In this document: positions 13,865 to 27,604 of the stretch, in pieces
Position numbering within the stretch: the stretch's first letter is position 1
Layout: each line of letters starts with the position of its first letter
Assembly: GCA_951406725.2 (NCBI GenBank)
Contig: OX597835.1
Coordinates: 29,078,001-29,142,000, forward strand
Length of the DNA stretch: 64,000 bases
Reading direction: 5' to 3'
Source: Octopus vulgaris
Taxonomy: Eukaryota
Notes under the pieces: model-generated
Database searches by the model: none
What the model was told of the DNA's origin: nothing
The model's input: only the letters and a program-made list of their open reading frames with translations
Program-made: the position numbers and the translations under genes

Positions 13865-14213
13865 AACAAGAGCACTGAGACAGGCGCAAACCTCTGCGAA
13901 GGCAACACCAGAGTCCTCTCAACGATTAGCCAGAGATGAATTTTTAAAAATGAGAATATCTGCAATAAACTCGACTGCTGTCACAAACGAGAATACTAAA
14001 AATGAACCTGACCGCTCTCAAAAATTAAGTGAAAAAAAACCCAGAAAAATAATCCAGAATCCTTGTCCAGTAACGGATCGATCCCACGAGGCCGAACATC
14101 CCTGAAAATTTCATCCGAATCCTTCCTGTGGTTCTTGAGATATCTTGTTCGCGGACAAACAAAACAAAACAAACACCACTGCAAACAATACCTTTGCCTT
14201 TGCGAAAGCGATA
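13865..14213 (+). mobile_element. Non-autonomous Helentron/HINE-like element
   Basis: Starts AACAAGAGCAC with a short hairpin, has an AAATTTCAT..GAATCC core and (AAAC)n, and ends AACAATACC plus a hairpin. Confidence 0.5.
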
Positions 14214-14674
14214 ATGATAATGATAATGAAAGTAAAATGAGGATTACATTGTCCAGTATTAGTACCTGTTCTTAAGATGGTAGGATGATTTGTTTGCTAT
14301 TTTCAGCGCATAATGTGGTTGCCTAAATGTTCCATAAAACAATCTCGGTCGATGGTTTTGAATATAATAGCTCTAGTAATGGTGACTGCGTTGATAACCA
14401 TTCGTTGTTTAGTTCTAGGGCGGTTCATCCTCAGTAGACCTATGACAGAAAGCGCTCCATCTTTGACAATCTCACATGATTTTTTTTTTTGTTTCTTACA
14501 TATTTCCTCTTGTTTCACAATATCCACACTATCCTTTCTTTTTCGTGATGATAAGGTATGAGTTTTAGAGATATTCCTTTTCTATTTCTAGCGAATCAAA
14601 TAATTGAATAATGGGTTTTGACGCCGCCTTTTGTATAAAAAATGATTAAAAAATTTTTTTACATATTTCTGCAG

Positions 14675-15925
14675 AAACCTGAGCCAAAAATTTCATAGGC
14701 TAGCTATGAAGAAGTGACGATACGGCTGCTGGGAAATTTTGCATGCATCAATTTCAACTCTTTATTAATAACTGTATTATTTCTTTCCAGGTAAACTGAT
14801 TTTGACTGTTTAAGAAGACTTCAAAAGTAAGTAGTAGCGACTTCTCTTGAAAATGGATAAAATTTCGTACCGTGGCGTTATCAAACTAAAAAGGACTGTA
14901 GCCCCCAACGACATTCATGCTTGCATGATTGCCGTATTAGAAGATGATGCTCCAGCTTTATGAATCGTGCAAAAGTGGCCAGCTGAATTTAGGAAGGGAA
15001 AGGAGAGTCTTGAAGCTAGCTTAAGGTCTCCTTTGAGAGAGTAGAGAATATTCTGTACAATGAACTTTGTGTAACGAAGGTTTCTGCTCGGTGGGTGCCA
15101 CGGCCTCTGACACCTGATCAAAAGCGCACCAGGCTGATGACATCAAGGGAAATTCTGACACTGACGCAGGTCCAGCTGGTTTCTTTAAACGCTTTCGAAG
15201 CCAGGATGGAAGTTGGCCTCATCACTTTGAACCAGAGACAAAGAGGAATCCATGCAGTGGAAACACACCTTCGCGCCTGCTCCAGAGAAGGCCAAGATTG
15301 TATCATCTGCTGGGAAAGTGATGGCCTAAGTATTTTAGAATGCAAAAGGCATTGTATTTATTGTAATCAACGAGGTGGTTTGGCAAAAAATGTTCTGCGG
15401 TAATTAAAATGCATTTAATTATGTCCAATTAGATCTCATTCCCACCTAAATTTAAATCGAACTGATGTATTTGTGTGCAGGATGCTGGATTGTTAGTGTG
15501 CACACTGTAATGCAAATTAGAGTCAATCGTTTAGTCGAGTCCTAATTGTAGATTACATATATTTTCGCTGATGAAGCAAAAAATAACCAAATCGAAACAA
15601 GTCAACCGATTATGTTGACCTAAGCATTTGACTGCTTCTCTACTTATCGACCAGACATACATGAAATGCTTCAAACAATGTCAGAATTTCCCTTGATGTC
15701 ATCAACCTCCAGCCTCCAGCATCCTGCACACAAAAGGACTACATCATTAATGGAGGGTACTATGCCAACTTGCTGAAGCAGTTACGAAGGGCTATGCAGA
15801 CCAAAAGCCCAAGAAAATTGAGGAAGGGGCTGTTGTTTCATCAGGAAACTACTCCAGCTCACAAGTCCGTTGTTTCAATGGCAGCTGTAGGGGACTGTAG
15901 ATTTGAAGTGGTTGCCCTATCTGTT
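14675..15925 (+). pseudogene. Decayed mariner transposase interrupted by a pLTR-like insertion
   Basis: WVPRPLT motif at about 15092, AGKVMA at about 15308 and YYANLLKQLR...LLFHQETTPAH at 15758-15863. Confidence 0.8.
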
Positions 15926-16372
15926 CTTAAATTTGAAATACCTAAACAAAACAAAAAGAAAACGTTTTGTAATGCATTATGAATTAATGAATTAATTAAA
16001 GCTGATTGTTAGTGTGCACACTATAATGTAAATTAGAGTCAATCGTTTAGTCGAGTCCTAATTGTAAAATTACTTATATTTTCGTTGATGAAGGAGTAGC
16101 TGGACTAGAAACTAACCAAATCGAAACTAGTCAACCGATTATGTTGACCTAAGCATTTGACTGCTTCTCTACTTATCGACCAGACATACATGAAATGCTT
16201 CAAGCAATGTTAGAATTTCCCTTGATGTCATCAACCTCCAGCCTCCAGCCTCCTGCACACAAATACATCAGTTAGATTTAAATTCAGGTGGGAATGAAAT
16301 CTAATTGAACACAATTAAAGGCATTTTAATTACCGTAGAACATTTTTTGCCAAACCACCTCGTTGATTACAA
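15361..16372 (+). mobile_element. Penelope pLTR-like repeats: inverted segment plus two direct copies with hammerhead-like motifs
   Basis: 15490-15733 is repeated at 16006-16263. 15361-15489 is the reverse complement of 16244-16372. Motifs CTGATGA..CGAAACAAGTC and TTGATGA..CGAAACTAGTC. Confidence 0.65.
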
Positions 16373-17154
16373 GAACAATAGGAATGGGTTATGCAGCATT
16401 TTTATGAATTGAAATCGCAATGATAAATGAAAAGCATTGTAAAACCGAGAGGGGCTTGAAATGTGATTGCAGGATGAGATTACAAAAAAAAAAGCACTGC
16501 AATAGTGTACATTCATATTGCTACACTCTTTACAAATTCAGCGATAAAATCTCGCGATATTGATTTCGCTTTTCTATACTCTGAATTCAAATCAGATCGA
16601 GGTCAACTGTGCCTTATGTCTTTGCAGAGTGGGAAAATGTATCAATCCAGGGAGTTGTATAGACAAAACAGCTAGAACGTTGGAATGCCTGACTTGTGAC
16701 GAAGTTCCAGTTTTATCTGTTTTGAGTTCAAATACAGCTGTAGCCGTTTGTTTCGCCATGGTCTTTTGTATTATGCAAGCTGTATATTTTTTTAATTTTG
16801 GGCTCTTGGAATTATAAATTCAGGATCTCTCTAGTTTTACTTCTCTTTAACTTGGTCTTCTTTTTTTTATTTTCTGCCACTTTCTGCAATTTCTCGGTTT
16901 TCTTAGTTACTGAGGAATCGGAAGGTGTCAGAGTTATGTCCTTGTGTGTCTGAGCTTGCTCTTGCTCGCCTTTGTTTATATGAATCGTGTTATTTTATTT
17001 AGGACACCCACTTCACTGTGGTTCGGTCACCTTCGTGGGTGGTTATTGACGTTGTTTTAGTTTCTGGTAATAACAACAGCAACAAGAACAACTAAAGCAA
17101 TAAAAAACAAATAATTAACATCATAATGGTTTCAAATTTTGGCACAAGCCCAGC

Positions 17155-17218
<64 letters not shown>

Positions 17219-17759
17219 GTAATAATAAGAACAACAACACCAACAACGACAACACCAACACCAACATGATAACGATCAGTAATTGTTAACATACTTTAGC
17301 TCACGGTTGTCATGTGACGTATCTCCACACTGTATATAGTGTCCACAGCAGCTGCTGCGACACATATTTCCACCCCACCGTTACCATCACCATCACCATC
17401 TATATTACTCAAACACCTGTCAAATACGTTTCCCTTGTTATGGAGTTCATTTGTAGTAAGTTTGTTGATAATTTCCTTCTTCTAGAAGTAGTAGGCCTTG
17501 TTCTTCTTCAGCGATTTTCGACATTTTTCTCCATCCTGCAGCTGGCTGAAAATAGGTGCTAAAATAGAGTCACAATTATAAAAAATTTAAGAGTTTTATT
17601 GTGTAAAAAGTAGTAAATATCCAAGACATCTTTTCTAAAATGCTGTTCCTTTGGGTAAACTAAAAGAAAAACTAAAATTTAGGAAACACCCATTCTTGGA
17701 AGCACCGTTCTACAAACGCAAATTATCATCATGAAAACTGCAATCCGCTGTACATCATT

Positions 17760-18092
17760 ACAAAAGATGTGTCCTTATGTAGATAAATCGTTCGCCGATA
17801 GACATAGATGAATGGTAGTCTTTCGAGTCCAAGAAAGATGGCTCTGCAAGTTCTTTCTCGATGACCTGCACAAATGATTTGTTTATAGTGATCAAATGTT
17901 CGCGCTGCGTATTAGACAACACCCTCCATCGAATCGACGTTGCCTCAACAGGTGCACGATGTAGTACGCATGTCAGGTGTCGCAAAGATCGCCGAGCAAT
18001 GCAAGATGACGTATTTTGCTCCAGAATACAACGCACCAGCCGGTCTCGCGATTATGAGTGCAAGACCCTAACCACTAAGCCATACGCCCTCA
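17760..18092 (-). mobile_element. tRNA/CORE-type SINE, diverged
   Basis: tRNA-like head at 18040-18090 (TGGCTTAGTGGTTAGG) and a CORE-like segment. Confidence 0.55.
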
Positions 18093-18169
18093 CATACATA
18101 TATACAAATGTAAATATACATGTGTATACACATAAGTATGTATATATGTATATGTACGTATACATGTGT

Positions 18170-18219
<50 letters not shown>

Positions 18220-18309
18220 GTATGTATACATCTGCATGCATGTGTGTATAAACAACTTACTTTTGTATAGTTTCTGCATACCGCATATACATGTACATCT
18301 ATCTGTGTA

Positions 18310-18429
<120 letters not shown>

Positions 18430-18570
18430 ATCACGCACATACATATATATTACTACCATATATATATATCTACATATATAGTAATGGACGGGTGATATGG
18501 TAGCGGTGGCAGTGGCGGTGGTGGTGGCGGCAGAGATAATAGTAGTAGTAGTGGTGGTGATGGTGGTGGC

Positions 18571-18625
<55 letters not shown>

Positions 18626-18632
18626 ATAGTAA

Positions 18633-18673
<41 letters not shown>

Positions 18674-18758
18674 AGCCTGGCTAATTCAGAGCCATCCGGA
18701 ACGAGATGTGGAATGTCAAATAAAAACACTTGAAGCATGAGAGAAAATGAAAGACAAG

Positions 18759-18797
<39 letters not shown>

Positions 18798-19604
18798 ACA
18801 CAAAGTACAAACACCTCATATAAAATATCTAGACATACAAACTATCTACACACACACATACACGCATGCACACACATGTATATACGTATACATATATGCA
18901 TGCACAAACACACACACACACACATACACACATATATATATATATATATATCTATTGCGTGAGAGTGTGATGGGGGAGAGAGAGAGTGAATTAGAGCAAG
19001 ATAAACTGTAACAAATAGTCACACCATATATACACATATATAGACATACCCGTACAATCACCTTCTCGTGCATACATATGGTGCTGCTGTGCTGCGTTCT
19101 TTCCTTCGTTTTTTCTCTTATTTTCGTTCTTGTCTTCCTTCCTTCCCTCCCTTCTTCCTTTCTTCCTTCCTTGCACTTGTCCTTCCGTTCTGTCTTAATT
19201 TATTGGTCTAAGGAGCAGCATTGGTTCCTGTGGTCCGGGTGAGATCGTTGATCGATATGGGTAATGATATTTTTTGAACTGAAGTGATTGACAAAGAATG
19301 GGTAAGCGACTAAGAGAGAAGTAAGAGATAGCTAGACAGACAGATAGATAGATAGATAACTTTTTATTGTAGCCACACAGGGCTAAACACAGAATAAAAA
19401 TGGACGAAATACAATGTAGAATTTTTTCTTTTCGAGGTGGGATGGGTGGGGCACAAAAAAAAAACACGTTTGATCAATAGGCATCTGTGGGTTGTGTGGT
19501 GTATAAAAAGGCAATATATATATATATAATTGACCAAGGTCACCTCAGACAATTCGAAAAAGAACACATGAGTAAGTCGCCTTACTTCTCGTTGTCTCTT
19601 TTGG

Positions 19605-22600
19605 TTACAGATTTATGCTTAAAATAGTGTCGTCTTTCATACTGACCATTTTTGCCACTTTTACCCAATTTTTATTAAAACATTCGTTCGACAAAGCCTT
19701 CCTCTCTATTCTCATCCTCCTTTTCAAGTGGTACTTGAAAAAGTTGACGAGAGACTGACCAGAAAGGAAGGTGTTTGTTTGCAGTCCTTTCAAACGCGTC
19801 CACCACACACATTCTTTCGCCATAGCCATCAGCGTAACGAAAACCGTTTTCCCTTCCCGTTTAAAGGAAGGTGGTGGAACAATATTTACGATAAACTCGG
19901 CCGATAGGCGAGCCCGACCTACACGTGACAACAGCTGTTCGACGAAGGACCACAGCTCTGAAATATCTGGACACTGCACGAGTGCATGCAGAACGGTTTC
20001 GTCGCTCTGACCGCATCTCGGGCAGGTCGGTCCGGTGATGGTTTTCGAACCGTGTCTGTAGCTCTTCTCTCGAACAGGTAGTGCGTCTCGATAGCACTGC
20101 CAAGCCAGGGATTTCTGGAAGTTATCCATAGGCCCCGGCCCGAACGTCGTCCTGAACAGGCGGGTTAGGAATTTCTCGTCGACGCCCAGGTTTGCCCCGA
20201 GTGTGTCGTCGGACCTCCCCTCCACTAGTCCTCTATAGAACGCTTTAGTCATTTGTAAGTTGCACAAGTTTGACCCCGGTCGTTAATGAAGTTCCAGAGA
20301 TGTCGCAGTCTCAGCGCATGCCTGCGCATCATCAACCACGGCATGCCCAGTCCTCCATTCAACGGATGTTGACAGCAAATGGACTTCCTCACCATCGGAA
20401 CGCCACCCTTCCACAGGAAGCGGAAGAGTATGCGTTCCAGTTTGGTGATGGTGGCGTCGGGACAAGGTACGACGGTCAGGCGGTAATCGATGACGGATGC
20501 GATGTACGCGTTCGCCACCTCCGCCCGGCCTTTTAGAGACAGCTTTCTCTCGGCCCATGTTTGGCTGAGAGCGACCACTCTACTCGTGATCTCGTCCCAG
20601 TTCTTATCCATTTGGAGGTCCGGACTGAACCAGACTCCGAGCAATTTAACCGGTCCGTCCGTCCAGCGTCCCACTACTGAGCCGCAGTCGGACGGCATGG
20701 GCTTGCTTCTCCAGGTGCCGAGTAGCAAACCCACTGACTTTTCCGGGTTAATCTTTGCTCCCGTCACCGTTTCGTATTTTCATAGTGTCTCGCCTATCAT
20801 CTTGATGTGTTTGTCGCTCGACACTATGACGGTGACATCGTCTGCATATGCCGACACGCTCGTCTCGCAACCCAGTTCCCGTGGGATGCCCCTCAGTGTC
20901 GCCAGCTTCCGCAGTAGCGGCTCGAGAGTCAATACATACAGAAGCGCCGACAGGGGACACCCCTGACGGATCGAAGGCGTGATGTCAAACGGTTTCGACA
21001 GGTGACCCTTCACCCGAATCACCGATCTGATGCCGCTATACAAGGCAGCGATCCCACCGCGGAAGACGGGACCGAAGCCATCCGCCCTGAGGACGGCCGC
21101 CAAGTACCGATGGTCGACCCTATCGAAGGCTTTAGACTGATCCAAATTGATCAGCGCCCCACCCATGACAGGATCCTTAACTACCCTGTCCACAATGTAG
21201 CGCGTCAGATGGAGGTTGTCATGTATGATTCTGCCCGGCACGGCGCAAGTTTGCGCCCTGTCGACCAGTTTATCAATGACAAGCGCCAACCTCTCGGCTA
21301 TTACTTTGGCCAAAATTTTCAAATCTGCGTTGAGCAGAGTGATGGGCCTGAAATTATCCATAAAATTCCCCTTGTTTGGGTCTTTCTTCAGCAACGTCAC
21401 TGCACCTCGGCTTACGAAACCGGGGATTCTCCCGTTTTGTTGCCAGTTGCAGTAGACTGATGCCAAGAGGTCGCCAAACAAGTCTGGCATTTGACAATAC
21501 AGCTCGTAGGGTAAACCATCCAATCCAGGCGACTTATCCCTCGCGCAGCTCGCCATCGCATCCCGTACGTCAGCGGCTGTGATGGGACTTTCACAACACT
21601 TCGCTTCTCTTGCCGAGAGCCGCGGCAGGTCGGTCAGGTAGGCACTGAAATCCCGCGTTCCGACCCACCACTCACACCAAACAGTCGAGCAAAGTGTTGT
21701 TGAAGGGCCTCACACATCCTTTCGGGTTCGAGTAAACTGCATCCCTGTTGATCTATTAGAGACCGAATGGTTGATCTGTTGCCACGCTGCGCCTCCGCTA
21801 CCCGAGCCTCTCGCGTAGCTTCGATCCCTTCGTTCCTTAAGGCACGCATTTTAGCTCTGACGACGCAACCTTCGTGCTTGGCGTTGAGGTGTTGGTCGAG
21901 GGCCATCCTCGCAGCCAGCATGTTGGTTGCGCTGCCAGTGGTAAGTGCCTCTTCTAGTTTCTTAACCAGGTCTCCCTCTACTCTATTTCGATCTATCACT
22001 AATCCTTTGCTAAACCTAATTGATTCCGATTTTATTGCCATTTTCAGGGCGAACCACCAGTGGTTGTTAACGACGGCTTCCGTCAGCGCTCTCTTAATTA
22101 ACTCGCTAATCCGGTTCCTGTAAACCTGTCGCACTAAGAGCGACGTGTTCAGTTTCCACCTGCCTATGTGTTTTATCTAAGTCGAGCGTACACGTAACAA
22201 ATTTGCGATCTGTGTAGCTGACTATTTTAAATTGTGGACATCCTACACTATCCCTATCCGCTGTCCTGCATAGAATTCCATCTAGATAAGATCTCGACGA
22301 TCCGACGCGGTTTGTCCAAGTCCACGTTGGCACGTTCGGATGGTCGAGTTAGAACCTGTCAGACAAATGGAAACGTCTGAGTAGGTCTTTGAGGCACTTA
22401 CACCCCCTTCTATTCCTATCCATTACCACATAATCTAGATGCGTGTCCAAGGTAGCGTTCCAATCCCCTACTAACAGTAAAGGTCTAGACGTACCCAGGA
22501 AAACCTCTAGACGTCTGAAGAAATCCGCCCGACCCATTAAGGACGGTGCATAAACTGCCATCAAACGGAATGCACACCCATTTCTGCCATCCACGTCCAA

Positions 22601-22882
22601 GACAACCAGCCTACCCTCCGGGTCTAGGAATATTGCTCTTACTTTTACATTTAGACTCTTTCGAAAAAGCACCGCGGTACCTCCACCACCGATGTTCGGC
22701 AGACAGGGAGAAATATAATTGTCAAATTGATTGCCAAACATGGACGCGAGGGCCCGAGGCTTGCTGAGTCTGGTTTCACTGATAGCTACTATATCCACGT
22801 TTAGTGACTTGATGTTTAGAAGGTAACCTTGCTTCCAAGCCGACGCCAAGCCACGCGCATTCACACAACCTAATTTAAGCAT
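19605..22882 (-). pseudogene. LINE ORF2 (APE endonuclease, reverse transcriptase, C-terminal zinc motif), broken by at least 5 frameshifts
   Basis: Motifs NARGL, ISET, GDWN, SPGLDG, FRPITLLNAD, KAFDRVDH, QGCPLS, YADD and CPRC..ETVLHALVQC, spread over 6 ORF pieces. Confidence 0.92.
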
Positions 22883-22949
22883 AATTGACGTTTACGAAAA
22901 TTGTGTTTCACACATAAACATTGGAAGAGACAAGAGGCAAGAGGGAAGG

Positions 22950-24236
22950 TCACTTACTCATTTCGAAAGTTTCATTTTTTTCTTCTTCTTTTGTAGTATC
23001 TTTGATGAGGTGTTTGTATAGTTTTTTGGAGAGGTATCGTTGAAACCCGCCTACCGCATTTGGAAATATTGTTTTCAGTGTATGGCGTTGTGTTTGTGTT
23101 ATGTGTACAATTTTTATGTGCTTCGGTGTTGTGGTGCGCGGATGATTGTTTGTCTTAAAGTCATCTTCACAGATGTCCGTGTTGGATACAATGTAATCCA
23201 TTAATTTTTTATTGTCTGTGTCTATTGCAGTTAGTTGTGTGTGTGGTTTTGCGGGTTCATTGATTTTTTGATTGTCTAGGGGGATGCTGTCCAGAGTTAA
23301 ATATCTCCCTGCTTTACTTCCTTGTTTGGTGGGCTTTTTTGATCTTTTCCTTTTACCCCCTGTGGCTATTTGCCATTCCGTCGAACTTTCGTCGTCCGAC
23401 GTATCAGAAGGGGGTAAAGGCAAAGCATTTGTGTTAATATGTATGCTTGTAGAAATTGTTGATGTTTTGTGCGGTGTTTGTGTTGTTATGGTGTTAGTGT
23501 TAGAATTTGTCTTCTCGTCACTGTTTTCTGTCTTTTTAATTGTCGTCCTGGGTGTTGGTGTGGATCTATCTTTTGGTTCAGCATGATGATTTGGTTGCGT
23601 CGTCAACGGTGATTTTGTTGGTACTGTTTCTTTTCTTGGTGATGTTGTTGGGGTTTGTTCGCTGGTTTGTTGTTTTTCTTCTTGGCATTGTTCCATAATT
23701 GAGTGTGTTGGTGTTGGTGTTGGCAACAAGGGTTTTTTATTTGTTTTCTGATTTGTTCTTTCTTGTTTTTTCTGTGCTAGAGCGCACTTGGCAATTAAAT
23801 GCTCTGGGCTGCCACAGTTGTAGCATCTAGGCTTTTTGCCTTCTGCCACAACATATAGCCTTTGCCCATTTTCTAGGTGGATCCTATCGGGTAGGTTCTC
23901 GATAGAGGCCCCCTCAATCTGGATGGGCACTACTATTGTTTTTCCACCCCAATTGTCGTTTAGGTACACGGCGGTTTCTAAAATATTGATCTTTTTCAAA
24001 TGGTAACAGATTGCCCTTGTTATCCATTTGTTCGGGATCTCGGGGGGTACATTTTTAATAGTAATTCTACTCACTCTCTGGCCTTTGAAATAAGGTACCA
24101 TTTTGATATCATCATTTTCCAAAGACTCGGTAGAGTGAACTTTTGCCACTTCCTGGTTAGGGAAGCGGACCACTACTGTGTTAAACTGGGGACCCCAGTT
24201 TATATATTCTCTTTTTTCATTATGTTCTTTAAACAT
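22950..24236 (-). CDS. LINE ORF1 protein (gag-like, CX2CX4HX4C knuckle); N-terminus probably extends upstream across a frameshift
   Basis: 428-aa ORF containing CYNCGSPEHLIAKC, directly upstream of the APE domain. Confidence 0.8.
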   Translation of the reverse strand: MFKEHNEKREYINWGPQFNTVVVRFPNQEVAKVHSTESLENDDIKMVPYFKGQRVSRITIKNVPPEIPNKWITRAICYHLKKINILETAVYLNDNWGGKTIVVPIQIEGASIENLPDRIHLENGQRLYVVAEGKKPRCYNCGSPEHLIAKCALAQKKQERTNQKTNKKPLLPTPTPTHSIMEQCQEEKQQTSEQTPTTSPRKETVPTKSPLTTQPNHHAEPKDRSTPTPRTTIKKTENSDEKTNSNTNTITTQTPHKTSTISTSIHINTNALPLPPSDTSDDESSTEWQIATGGKRKRSKKPTKQGSKAGRYLTLDSIPLDNQKINEPAKPHTQLTAIDTDNKKLMDYIVSNTDICEDDFKTNNHPRTTTPKHIKIVHITQTQRHTLKTIFPNAVGGFQRYLSKKLYKHLIKDTTKEEEKNETFEMSK

Positions 24237-24980
24237 TTTTCTATATCCGTTTTTGTAATCTGTTCATTTTGTTTTTTGTTTTTTCTTTTAATTTTATATA
24301 TAATTGTCTTATTTTCTATTTGTTCCTTTATGTGTTGAGGTGTATGCAGCACTAAATCTTGCCCACGGGTTGTAAAGAGAGCTCTCGTTTCTATTAGCTC
24401 TTCATTTGTAAATGTTACTATTTCTTTCTTCTGACGCAGAGTGTCAGCGAAATTTACTGGTGTTGTTGATTTTTCACTATTAGATGGTTAATTTTTATTG
24501 TTGTTGTTGTTGTTGTTGTTGTTCTTAATAGTATTCGCGTGAGTTTCATTTTTATCATTTATGTTGGTCGTGGTGGTAGTGGTGGTGGTGGTGGAGGTGG
24601 TGGTGGTAGCAGTAGTAGTCTCGTTGTTGTTGTTGTTAGTGGTGGTGGTGGGGGTGGTGGTGACAGGGCTGTTACCGTAAGTGGTTGCAGCGTTCACTAC
24701 CACGTCATTCAGGTTTGCACTTTGCGTGCATACGTTCTTTTTTTCTCCTAGCGTTTCCAGACAAGGAAAATGCTGGTCCATAAAAGAACGTGACCAGCGT
24801 TCTACAATAAAATTTCTTGACATTTTTTAATGTCGAGAAGAAAATTACACAAATTGGAAAAGCACTCAAACGAAAGTTGGGTGCCTTACACACCTTATTT
24901 ACAAAAATGTACACAAAATATGGGCTATAAATAGTCAAAATAAACGATTACCTTCGGAGCCGAAGTGACAGCACATCCGT

Positions 24981-25185
<205 letters not shown>

Positions 25186-25189
25186 AAGT

Positions 25190-26185
25190 ACTTGAAGCCA
25201 ACGTGAATGATTACCAGGATCATCTATGTAAGTTTTAAACGCTAATAACATAAGCCACAGTATCCGATTCACAAAGGAATATAAACTACTCATTTTGGAT
25301 ATGTTAATCATAAAAAGATAGAGTAACATTGAAATCCAGATAAACTTCAAACCAACAGATTCACGCCAATATATGATTTATTCTATCTTCTGTCTAAAAC
25401 ATACGAAACTATAACACCTTGGGTAAGAAGGATTTGCACAACTGTATCCAAAACAGAAACCTGGTGGAAACGACTTCGTGTAGTTAAAATTATTTTTCCT
25501 GAAACCCAGTAACTTTAATCAATAACGAAATAGATCGAGCAAAAATGACAGATATCTAATTATTACTAAAATCAAGAAAGAATCCTAATACACTTAGTAC
25601 TTTACATTAATATAAAGACAAACAATCCAAGAAATGCTAAAGCATAAAGCACCATTCATTAAAATGTTCCTTTTTTGATGAACGACCCTTGAATGAGAAA
25701 GGCATTCGAGAAAGATACGCAATAATTAAAATTAAATGACGACCAACACCTTTAAAAGATTACCTACTAGCGGCAAATTACTCTCCAAATAAATAGTTCC
25801 AAATGTCCGAAAGTGTAACCACTCTAATTGTGGAGTTTGTATAAATCTCATTGAATGTTCGACATACGAAGTTATATCAGGTCAATAAAAGTCATTTCAG
25901 CTATGCATTAAGAAATCAAAAGTATGTTATGAAATGCAGTGGGTATAACGAAGACTGTAGGACAAACAGAATTAACTTAGAGGCGTAGAATGACGTTTCA
26001 ACGTCAACAAATACTGGGGTCCAGTACCAGTAAAATACACATTAATAAACAGAGGGAATTTGATGGAACAAGCAAAAATACCAACTATCAAATCTTTCTT
26101 TTATATGAATGCATCGGGAACACCACTCCCGATTAAGCAAACAAAATATGCTTATTGAGAATTATACGCTAAATTTAAATAATTC
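25190..26185 (+). pseudogene. Penelope-like element remnant (RT C-terminus, Cys motif, GIY-YIG endonuclease)
   Basis: Frame-broken translation: HSIRFTKE, ILDMLI, KPTDSRQY, RRICTTVS, KCNHSNCGVC, YVMKCSG..VGQT...RMTFQRQQI, terminal LNLN. Confidence 0.8.
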
Positions 26186-27604
26186 ATAACATGATAAAAG
26201 GGGAAAAGACGGTATTTTCGACTAAATAACCAGAAGCAACAAAAATAATAACAGTAAATCAAGAGTTGAGGTAACAGGTTTCCTCGGAGGGAAAAGTAAA
26301 TAAAAAACACAAGTAATGCTATGAAGCATTCATCGCCTGGAAGATCGGAAAACAAGTGACATCTTCTGAAAGTCAGCTAGCGGGAATGCTAGTCCACTGA
26401 AAGACAAAGGCAAGTGACCAGGACATTCTATAAACAAATGATGTCGATCAACCGGAATGCTCGACTACTTCGGATAAGATAAAGTGACCGGAAGAGATGA
26501 TAAACAAATGACGTAATCAGGCATTCAACCAACCAGAATGATTGGCCACAGACTGAGAAAAACAGGTGACGTCCTTGAGTAAACAGCTGAACAGAATTTA
26601 GACTCGCATCTTATGACCTACACCTACAAGGCAATATCAACTTGAAACATACTTCAAGTTCCACATTTGAACTAGAAAAATAACCAGCCAACGATCCTAC
26701 TTCACACAACACAATAGAGCTTGTAAAAAGTTTTTCTTTTTAAAATCTTCATCATGTTTTACTTCTAACTCACTGAATTGTTGTGAATCTTATTAAGCTT
26801 TCAAATTTATATCACGTATTTTTGCTATGGAATTTATCGAACGTTTCTTACTGGAAAGAAACTTGTTGAACACTTGAATTTTTATCATGTAACTTTGCTA
26901 CGAAATTTTTCAGCATGTTTTATCTCTATGAAGCTTTTTCTTGTATATTCTGTTTTCTTTCTTTTAATTTTCATCTTAAGTAAGTTTTATTTCTATTTAT
27001 CAATGAAAGGAAAAAAATGTTTAAGCCGGTATGGTTTTTAATATATAAAAATTGAAATTCCTTTTAGACCCAGTTGCATTTTCAGCCATACTATCATACA
27101 CATGCGCAGTGCACACACACTCACTCACACACATACACACACACACACACACATATTCTTCAGTGCCGTCAAGACAGATGGTGGAGGGCATGGAAGAAAG
27201 AATTTATCTGTTCTCAAACCGGAACTTTGGTCCAAATACTTGCGACGAAATGCACTTTTTAAAGGTACCGGTGAACCAAGTGGTAATGTTGAACCATAGT
27301 CAGGTTTGAACTTAAAACGCAAGGAACCGGAACGAACGCAACAAGACAGCACTTCCGATGCTTTAGTAAGCATGCTATTAAACTCAGGGTTGTCTTAACA
27401 GCATTACAGGCTCTCATGCAAAGCAATGCACTGGATCACCTATATTTATTTATTGGCAAGCGTCAACATTCATGAATTACATTTGGGCCCTTACGTTAGG
27501 GGGCCCCGGGGTAACTGCCCAAAGTGCCTATACACTGACTCCATTGCCCAAAATTCGTGAACTTTCAGTCGCTAAATGATGAAATCTAATATAGTACTCG
27601 ATGC

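Larger units (their letters stand above)
19359..24980 (-). mobile_element. Full-length L1/Tx1-clade LINE with disrupted ORF2, flanked by (GATA)n on both sides
   Basis: ORF1 with CCHC knuckle. ORF2 with APE, RT and C-terminal zinc motif. 3' UTR ends in AATAAAAAG. GATA repeats lie at 19342-19358 and from 24981. Confidence 0.9.

Noticed and set aside
14303-14561. Short ORFs possibly from a transposase
   Set aside because: No diagnostic motif recognised.
18707-18730. miR-1-like seed TGGAATGT
   Set aside because: The rest of the mature sequence does not match and there is no precursor hairpin.
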